A DNA stretch of 54,875 nucleotides from Salpingoeca rosetta (lineage: Eukaryota > Protista > Choanoflagellata): contig JAWQFM010000004.1 of NCBI GenBank assembly GCA_033442325.1, positions 1,104,431-1,159,305 of the forward strand. Direction: 5' to 3'. Positions 42,425 to 52,192 of this stretch are shown one piece after another; within the stretch, counting starts at the first letter, position 1, and every line of letters starts with the position of its first letter. The notes beneath the pieces were generated by a model, which saw only the letters and a program-made list of their open reading frames with translations, was not told the DNA's origin and ran no database searches. A program made the translations under genes and the position numbers.

Positions 42425-44685
42425 TTCAACTTACTGCGTGTGCACATGCACACTGCTCCACTGCTTCTGCTCCACGGCTGCAGCAACCTCGGGCACAACC
42501 GCATCACAGGCCTGGACGATATGGCGTTCGACCACGCCAACCTCCGTGCCCTGTATGATCACTGCTTTGCATCGTGCCGTGTATGTTGTGCTGTGTATAT
42601 ATATTGTGTGTGTGTGTGTGTGTGTGCGTGCGTGCGTGTATGTGCGAACGTATATGGGTGCAATCTGCGTGTGTGCACGACGTGTGTGGTATTCGCTTTG
42701 TGTCTGTGCATGCGTGTAGCGTGTGTCGATGCTTCTGCGTTCGTAGAACAAATGCACACTCACATGCATACATCCGAATTCCTGTGTATGCTCGCGTGCA
42801 ATGCTTGCTCTCATTGTCACCACCACCACGACCACCATTCACCAACACCGCCAACACCAGTGACTTGTCCCACAACGACCTGTCGTTCATTGCCCCGCTT
42901 GCATTTTCGGATGCACCACATCTCAGCGAATTGTGCGTTTGTGCGTTTGTGCGTGTGCGTGTGCACGTGCGTGTGCGTGTGCGTTGTGCTGTCTGCTATT
43001 GTGTACTGTTGTAAGCTGTTGTGTGTGCTGCGTAATGGATGTTGTGCGTTTCCTCGCGTGACACACACACGCACACATTTGTACGCACATTTGTACACAC
43101 ACGCACATGCACACACGCACACACACGCACACACACATGCACACACACACGCATGTACACACATGCACGTACACACACACACGCGCATGCACGCACATAC
43201 CCTCCCACTCACTCTTTGACTCACTTACTCGTTTGCATGCATGCATGCATGCAGGGACCTGAGCTCCAATCGCATTTCAGTGCTGGCCCCAAGCGTGCTT
43301 GATGCCTTGCATAACCTCACACATCTGTGCGTTTCTTTCTTGCCTTTGTGCTTGTATTTCGTGCACACTCGATGCGTGCCTGTGTGCGTGTGTGTACACA
43401 TGTATATTTACGTGGCGACCCCTTGTCATCTGTGCATCACGTGAGCACGCGTCACCTCACTAGCGTGTGTGTCTGCAACCCTTGGTGTGGCTCGCAGTGA
43501 CCTGTCTGACAACGATTTGACCGAGCTGCCACCGACACTGTTTGATACCCAAACGCGACTCGCCTCCCTGTGCGTACACCAATGTCTGTCTGTCTGTCTG
43601 TGTGTGTGTGTGTGCGTGCGTGCGTGTGCGTGTGCGTGTGTGTATGTGTGCGTGTGTGCGTGTGTCTGTTCAATTACGCTTGTTACTTTCTGTGTTGTGT
43701 GCCTTTGCGTGTGTGCCTTCGGTGACACTTGCTTGCTCGTGTATGCTGACGCACCTGCGCCTGCGTGACGCCTGCGCCTGCGTGACAAATGACAGGAGAC
43801 TGGCCGACAACCGGCTGGCATCGTTTTCCATTGACGTCATCGGCAACAATCCACTCAGCATCCTGTACGCGCACATGAAGACGACAAGAACGAAACCACC
43901 TCTCACTGAACACACACACACACATACACACACGCACGCACGCACACACACACATGGCACACGTGCGTGCACCCCCTATACACCGACAATACACATCCAC
44001 ATCCACGTCCACAAACGCACCCTTGCACCAAGTTTTTTTGCTCATCCTATCTGCATTCATATCATGGCCACCACACACACACACACACAGGCGACTGAAC
44101 AACAACACGTTGGAGACGCTGGCGTATAACAACGACACGCGCTGGGCCAACCTCACACAACTGTACGTTGCACCTCGACAGTTTTCGTGCCTGGATTACT
44201 CCGCCATTGCGAAGTTGTCTTGCTTTGCCAGCCACTCACATACTCGCACGCATGTGGACACGATGATGGCTGGCTGCTTGCAACCTTGCAGGTACTTGCG
44301 CGACAACCCGTGGTACTGCTGCGGCATGGAGTGGTTCCGGGACGCTGTTTCCATTGTGCAAGACCTCCCCTTTGTCGCATGCGCCGCCCCGCAAAGGGTG
44401 GCTGGTCACCTCATCGCAGACACAACAGGGCCAATCACCATCTGCACCCGAGGTGTGGTATGCCTGCCCATATGAGAGACAGTACACACACATTGCACAA
44501 ACACATGATGCGTGTACTATTGTCTGTGCCCGCACACGCCTTTACTCATGGGCTTTGTCCTTGCGAGCACCAGCATCACCCATCTCTTCACAGATACGCG
44601 CATTGACACGTGCATTGACACGTGCACACATTGACACGTGCACACATTGACACGTACACACATTGACACGTACACACACTACACA

Positions 44686-44719
<34 letters not shown>

Positions 44720-44727
44720 ACACACAT

Positions 44728-44773
<46 letters not shown>

Positions 44774-45063
44774 ACACACACACATGCACACACACATGCA
44801 CACATATACATGCCCCGACGTGCAGTTGATCCTGATGCGCCATCCACACTCAACGTGACATCGGCAGCACCGACGAGTGCCACCGCTGCGTGGCCGCGGC
44901 CCCACGGCAACTTTGCTCCCATCGACTACTACACGCTCGATGTTCGCCTGCACAACACCACGGACGCGTGGCTTCCCGTCACCTGCACCAATACCTCGTT
45001 CCCTCCTGGCGACACGCGCGCACCGCTCCCGCACAACCAGTGGTGAGCGTGTGACGAAAGGCT

Positions 45064-45100
<37 letters not shown>

Positions 45101-45233
45101 GTGTGTGTTGTGTGTATGTGTGTGTTGTGTGTATGTGTGTGTGTGTATGTGTGTGTGTGCGTTTGCGCGTGCTTGCGTCTGCGTCTGTGCGTGCTTGCGT
45201 CTGCGTCTTTGCGTGCGTTGTGTGTATGTGCGA

Positions 45234-45297
<64 letters not shown>

Positions 45298-47180
45298 CAG
45301 CACGACCATATCCCATTCGAATCTCAACGTTCATGTGTGCACTTCCCGTGTGCGTCGTTTCTGCTGTGCACGTCCACACCAAACATGATCCATGCACAGC
45401 GTGCACCTCCTCCATCTTTGCTCTCTCTCTCACTCTCTCCTATTGGCCTCACACGCCTCCCTTCCCCCAAAATCACGCCCGCGCACGCCTCCCCCCCCCC
45501 CCCACATGTGCAGTCGCTATCTTGATCACGAGCCCGCGAGTAGGGGTGCAGCTGGCAACACCGCAGGTGCTCGCCACCATCAACACAACAACCACCAACA
45601 CAACACATTCAAGCCGAACACCACCGCCACCAACACCACCAACACTGCCGACAACGTGTATGTGTGGACGATGCTGGAGACCAACAGCACGTATGCGGTG
45701 GTGCTTTCAGCCAACACAACCGCCGGCGAAGGCCCGCTGTCTTTGCCGTACACGTGCGTGCCCAACCCCACACCCCCCGCCACGCCCACTGCCACCGACC
45801 ATTGATGTGCTGTGCGCGGACCGCGTGCGCGTGTCGTGGCAGCCGCCGGCTGAGCGGAGTGTTGACGTTGTTGACCGCTACGAGCTGTATCGCGGCGACA
45901 CTGGGGCGCGTGTGTACGCGGGTGCAGAGACGAGTGCTGTTGTGGCGGACCTTGTGCCGGGCGCAGCTGTCTCCTTCTTTGTCATTGCCCACGCAGCGCT
46001 GCCAAGCGAACCAAGCGTGCCAGCCAACGTGACCATGCCCAGTGGAGGTGCGTATGTGTTGCATGTGTGTATTGTGGGTGTTGTGTGTTGTGTGTGTGTG
46101 TGTGTGTGTTGTGTGCATTGTGGGTGCTGTGTATTGTGTGTGTGTGTGCTGTGCACATGTACTTTCCTGTGCTGTGCTGTGCTGTGCACATGTACTTTCC
46201 TGTGCTGTGCTGTGCACATGTACTTTCCTGTGCTGTGCTGTGCTGTGCTGTGCACATGTACTTTCCTGTGCTGTGCTGTGCTGTGCTGCGCACATGTACT
46301 TTCGTGTGCTGTGCTGTGCTGTGCACATGTACTTTCGTGTGCTGTGCTGTGCGTGTTCATGTGCGCGTTTCTGCTCGTGTGTACATGTGGCGGGAGTGCA
46401 TTTGCATTGTGTACATGTTGTCGATTGCTCGTTCTTTGCCACGCGGCATGAGTGCTCACCACCTTTCGCCCCAACACGAACGGCAGTCCCCGATGCGGTG
46501 GATGGTGTGATGGCGCTGAACGCAACAGCGTACACGCTCAATGTGACCTGGACGCCTGCGTCATCGTGTGCGGCGCCAGTGCAAACTTACCTCGTCTTCC
46601 GCACCAGCGTGCTACAGCACATTCCCAACTACCCGACCATACAGGTGTGCACATGCTGCGTTGTTGTTGGTGTGTGTGTGTTGGTGTGTTGATGTACGCG
46701 TTGTTGTGTTGGTGTTGGTTTGGTGTGTTGGTGTTGTGCACTTGTGTTATGCATTGGCGTTTGTGTTGGTGTTCCTGGCTTGCACACAAACACATACACA
46801 CACACGCTCTCATACGTGCTCACATGCAAACACACACTCACACACACACCTTGCTCAGGACAACACGACACTGCTGGTTGGAATCGTGGCTGGGAATGTG
46901 ACGGGACTGGTATTGAGTGGCCTTCGCCCCGCCACCACATATTCGCTGGTTGTGCGCGCGTTCAACAAGTACGGCGGATCAGACACACGCCTGCCCGTCA
47001 ACCTCACGACCGCAGATGCACGTACGTACCTGCTGCACAACTGCGTGTGCGTGTGCGTGTGCGTGTGCGTGTGCGTGTGGGAGGACGGGTGGTGCGTGTT
47101 TGTGTTGTTGGGGTGTAGTTGCTATGGCTGTGACTGTGGCTGCGACTGGGACTGGGACTGGGACTGGGATGTACTCACAT

Positions 47181-47271
<91 letters not shown>

Positions 47272-47511
47272 ATCACCACAGCGCCATCATTTCCCGGGAC
47301 ACCCTCGGTCGAGGTGTGCACCAACCACTATCGCGATGCTGCCAACGGCACGTGGGTGGCGCGCGAGGAGCAAGTGGTGCGGTGGACCCAGCCTGTAACG
47401 CCAAACGGAAACATCACCCGGTACGAGCTGTGGCATATCAACAGGGACAACGACGGCGGCACCTTGCTCTACGCCGGCCACCCAGGACACACCTTGCAAG
47501 TCACCGTTCCC
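39772..47511. repeat. Right arm of the inverted segmental duplication
   Basis: Begins ccgcacaccccaaacaaag (reverse complement of the sequence ending at 37440). Identity ends after caagtcaccgttccc. Confidence 0.95.
46146..46352. repeat. Intronic minisatellite, about six copies of (GTGCT)n-GTGCACATGTACTTTC
   Basis: Directly visible; the left arm has only a single related unit (~30370-30400). Confidence 0.85.
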
Positions 47512-48228
47512 CTCAATCCAGAGCTGGTACGTGAGCTGGGATGTTGTGCCATCCAATCTCTCACTGTTCCATGTATTCAATGTCTGCTGTAATGACGGTG
47601 TCGCTATCTCATTCCTGATTTGCCCTGCTCGTGTGCAATCATTGTTGTGTTTGCTCTCTGCGTTGATTGTCTTTGCGTTGGACAAGGATGAGCAAGATTT
47701 GACAGTGATCGCGTTCACGACTGCCGGAGCTACGCCATCATTGCGATTTACACAAACAACCAGTACCTCATCGTCCACATTTTCCCTGCCTACACTCCCG
47801 TCAATCACGATGGGTGAGCAGTTTGCTTCGCGTTCAAACGTGTTCACCCTTTCGCTTGTGTGTGACTTGGACTTGTTGTGCCTTTACGTATGCTACGCCA
47901 TCATTTCGTATTTTGTTTTGTTTATCAATGGCAGTGCCCCCTCATGCCCATATCGCGTTACCTCACTGGTTCATTCCTCGACGCTCCGTTTATATTCCCA
48001 GCTCCTGAGTCCCAGCGCTCCATTATTCGATTTCAGTATGGCCAACGTGAAACTTTCCTTGTTGCTGCCATCGCTGTGGCCGGGGTGCTGCTGTTCAGTA
48101 CTGGCTTTTACTTCTTATGGACATACTGGAAGGGGCGCAACACTATCCGAACACGATATGTGTGGTGGTATCAAGTTGTGAGGCGGAACCGAACCAAGCC
48201 GGTACCATGGACATGGGCCAAGAGCATC

Positions 48229-49612
48229 ACACGAACGCCTTCACCACCTCCACAACCACGGACACCTTCACCCCCTCCTCCACAACCACGGACACCTTCA
48301 CCCCCACCTCCACAACCACGGACACCTTCGCCTCCGCCTCCACAACCACGAACGCCTTCCCCGCCTCCACAACCACGGACACCTTCACCTCCGCCTCCAC
48401 AACCACGGACACCTTCACCCCCACCTCCACAACCACGGACACCTTCGCCTCCGCCTCCACAGCCACGGACACCTTCACCTCCGCCTCCACAGCCACGGAC
48501 ACCTTCACCTACGCCTCCACAACCACGGACACCTTCTCCGCCTCCACAACCACGGACACCTTCGCCTCCGCCTCCACAACCACGAACGCCTTCCCCGCCT
48601 CCACAACCACGTCACCGTCTTCTGCTCCTTCCACAGCATCAACATCATCTACCGCAACTTNNNNNNNNNNNNNNNNNNNNNNNNNNNNNNNNNNNNNNNN
48701 NNNNNNNNNNNNNNNNNNNNNNNNNNNNNNNNNNNNNNNNNNNNNNNNNNNNNNNNNNNNNNNNNNNNNNNNNNNNNNNNNNNNNNNNNNNNNNNNNNNN
48801 NNNNNNNNNNNNNNNNNNNNNNNNNNNNNNNNNNNNNNNNNNNNNNNNNNNNNNNNNNNNNNNNNNNNNNNNNNNNNNNNNNNNNNNNNNNNNNNNNNNN
48901 NNNNNNNNNNNNNNNNNNNNNNNNNNNNNNNNNNNNNNNNNNNNNNNNNNNNNNNNNNNNNNNNNNNNNNNNNNNNNNNNNNNNNNNNNNNNNNNNNNNN
49001 NNNNNNNNNNNNNNNNNNNNNNNNNNNNNNNNNNNNNNNNNNNNNNNNNNNNNNNNNNNNNNNNNNNNNNNNNACCACAACCACGGACACCTTCACCACC
49101 GCCTCCACAGCCACAGCCACGAACACCTTCACCACCGCCACAATCACCACCAACCCCGCCTCCACAACCACGGACACCTTCACCACCTCCACAACCACAA
49201 CCACGAACGCCTTCACCGCCTCCACAATCACCACGAACCCCGCCTCCACAACCACGGACACCTTCACCTCCGCCTCCACAACCTCAGACACCTTCACCTA
49301 CGCCTCCACAGCCACGGACACCTTCGCCTCCGCCTCCACAACCTCAGACACCTTCACCTACGCCTCCACAACCACGGACACCTTCACCTCCGCCTCCACA
49401 ACCACGGACACCTTCACCTCCACCTCCACAACCACGGACACCTTCACCTCCACCTCCACAACCACGGACACCTTCACCTCCGCCTCCACAGCCACGGACA
49501 CCTTCCCCGCCTCCACAATCACCACGCCCTCCACCTCCACAGCCACGGACACCTTCCCCGCCTCCACCTCCACAGCCACGAACACCTTCATCACCTCCAC
49601 AACCACCACGAG
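48229..49612 (+). repeat. Coding 27-30-bp tandem repeat encoding PRTPSPPPPQ
   Basis: ccacaaccacggacaccttcacctccgcct-type units on both sides of the N gap. Confidence 0.95.
48661..49073. other. Assembly gap (N run)
   Basis: Run of n characters. Confidence 1.
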
Positions 49613-50152
49613 CACCTATTCGTGATCCATGGATTCCACGAGTCGCAAGCGTCGCTATTGATCGAACGCCTCGCAAACGCCGACATATTCCAAAGGACTA
49701 CTTGGTGGGTCTGAGTTGCACGCGCTGCTTTCTACGCTTCAAACGCCACTCACAATCACACAACACAACACACACACACACTCACTCACACAAAACACAC
49801 GTGCGCGCACCTCGCATGCCAATGACTCACGAATCGTGTGGCTGTTGAATTGAATTGTGCAGGTTCGCGTTGGTGGAGGATGGGTCGTACGTGAAGAGCT
49901 TCGCGATCGATACAACCTTCTAAACAAAGACAGACACTTGTCTTGGTCTGAGAACCGCTTCAAAGCCCAGATTGAGGATGAGTACAGCACGGACGAGGAC
50001 CATGAGGATGACGATGATGATTACGATGACAGTGACGACATCCAATCTTCAGATGCTCAGTCAACGAGTGACGATGGTGACGAAGCATGAACAGGTGTTG
50101 TCGCGGTGTTTGGAGTGGGCCCCAGCCCCTCCGTGTAAGTCGTGTGTGTGTG

Positions 50153-50208
<56 letters not shown>

Positions 50209-50403
50209 TTAAGGACAAGAACCAGTGATGATGATGATGATGATCATGAAGATGAAGATGGTATGGTGATGATGATGATGCTGCTGATGATGATGATCCT
50301 TTGTGTCAAATCCACCAGCTCGCAAACTATTGTAACAAAAGGAATGAATGCAATGAATGATTGTTTTAGTGCAAATAAATGGAACATGAAGACGCCACAA
50401 AAT

Positions 50404-51550
50404 TGTTTGAAAGGTAATAAACCAAGGTGGAGACATACAGCAATGTGTCCATCAAGACTGAACAGAGGTGTGTCTGTTTATATGTGTGTTTACTGTAGGC
50501 AAACGCAACAAACAAGAACACAAGGAGAATGAACAAACACAGCAAGCTGCTGCCAAATCAACTCGGGCAGCACGCTCAAACAAACACTAGACAAGTACGC
50601 ACACAGTCCACAACGCTGTCAAGGCGACATGGGCAGCGTGTGCACAAACACGAACAATCTAAACAACGAACAGCATGCATACATGCGCGCAGAGCAATGC
50701 TAGGCATGGCATGAATGCTTGCAGGCAAGCATACACAACAGACAACACTTCACAACACTGCATGGCACGAACACATGGCATTTTCCAAGCACGACGGGCA
50801 TGCACACGGCACACATGGCACACAACTCACGTGTGCAGGGGAAGGAGGAGAGGAGAGGCAGTTGGCACACATGCATGCCAGCAGAGAGGAAGGAATGTTT
50901 GCCAACGGAAAAACCACAAAGCAGGTGTTGTTGGCAAACAAGACAAAACCACATGAGAAGGCAAATTAGGAAGGACTCAACACAAAACAGAAACTCACTG
51001 ACTCTCAACACTCCCCCTCAACTGCCTTCCTCTGCTCCGTCTCAGCCGCCGAGGTTCCCACCAGTCGTGGCAGGTGCTGCTCGAAGGTGTGCTTGTCCAG
51101 TGCCTTGGTCAGCGCGTCGGCAACCATCTGCGTGCCGGGACAGTGCTGCAGCACAATGGTTCCGTCGGCGATGAGCTCCCGCACGAAGTGATGGCGTACC
51201 CGGATGTGCTTCGTGCGGCTTGGTGACGTGGTCGTTGCCGATGGCGATGGCCGCCTGGTTATCTGTCAGCATCTTGGTGGCTCCAGCCTCGGGCTCGTCG
51301 AGGTCCATGAGCAGCTGCCGCAGGAAGACAACGTCCTGCGCTGCAGCGGAGATGGCCATGTACTCGGCCTCAGCGGTGCTCAACGCAACCGTGGGTTGCA
51401 GCCGGCTGCTCCAAGACACAAGACAGCCGTTGATGTAGCAGGTGAAGCCCGTCGTGGAGCGGCCCGTCAGCTGGTCTGTGCCGAAGCTGGCGTCGCTGTA
51501 GCACACAAAGTCCAGCGGCTGGTGTTGCAAGTTCATGGTGGTGGTGCTGT
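50404..51550 (-). mobile_element. 3' end of an older Ty1/copia element: RNase H (frameshifted), PPT and 3' LTR (~50404-51010)
   Basis: YSDASFG...RSTTGF...LVSWSSRLQPTVALSTAEAEYMA...TDNQAAI, then a 2-nt loss near 51215 before TKHIRVRHHFVRE...MVADALTKAL. On the minus strand GAGGGGGAG is followed directly by TGTTGAGAG at 51010. The distal LTR end (CTTTCAAACA, ~50404) is tentative. Confidence 0.8.
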
Positions 51551-51969
51551 TGTTGGAGACTTGTGTGTGTGTGTGTGTGTGTGTGTGCTGTGTGTGCTGT
51601 GTGTGCTGTGTGTTGTGTGGGAGATTGTCTTGGCAAGAGAGAGTTGTGTGTGTTTACTTGAGTTGTGAAGCAAACAAGGATGTAGGATGAATGAACACTC
51701 CAACAGAAAGAAACAGAGCAGAAGACAAGAATTGTCGACAACGCAAAGTGGTGACGTGGCAGTGTTTGTTGAGAGTTGTGTGGTTATGTGGTGTGTTATG
51801 CAAGAGCATGTAACATCGAGCAACCACACAAGCTAAACACTGCACGTGCAACAGGTTGGAGGGAAATCACGTGAACATTCCAGAACACAAGAGAGGTGAA
51901 TGTGAATTTGTGGTGTCGTGAAGAAGGGAGGTCAATGATGACTCAGCAGGCAGGACTTGCCTGTCAACA
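51551..51969 (-). mobile_element. 3' LTR (~419 bp) of the younger copia element
   Basis: On the minus strand PPT GCGGGGGAG is followed by TGTTGACAG at 51969, and the LTR ends ...CTCCAACA at 51551 (TGTTG...CAACA termini). Confidence 0.8.
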
Positions 51970-52192
51970 CTCCCCCGCATTGACCTACCTCTCTGCTGCG
52001 TTGACGTTCTGAAACGCGATTGATGGTGATGGTGATGTCATGCATGTAGGAATGGCATGGGCAGATGTAGGTGAGATGTGAGTAAGGACGTGTGTTGTGG
52101 AACACGTTTAGGAAAATGGTTGGTGCCTGTGGTGCGCAGCCTGTTGTGGAAGGCTGGCCCGAGTGAAGGCGTGTCCTGTGGTGCGCGGCCAC

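Larger units (their letters stand above)
40428..50090 (+). pseudogene. Single-pass LRR-FN3 receptor B with Pro-rich cytoplasmic repeat; as assembled it has a ~650-bp deletion and frameshifts in the large FN3 exon
   Basis: Same exon series as receptor A. The junction gagcccgcgagta|ggggtgcagc near 45542 skips the equivalent of 31007-31656. Unique 3' exons: EQDLTVIAFTTAGATPSL, TM FLVAAIAVAGVLLFSTGFYFLW, (PRTPSPPPPQ)n, and a last exon VRVGGGW...acidic tail. Confidence 0.75.

Noticed and set aside
16523-47280. Hundreds of HT/CV-repeat ORFs
   Set aside because: These are translations of intronic (CA/GT)n microsatellites.
48117-49625. Thr-rich mucin-like ORF
   Set aside because: It is an alternative frame of the Pro-rich repeat; the Pro frame is the one continuous with the TM segment.
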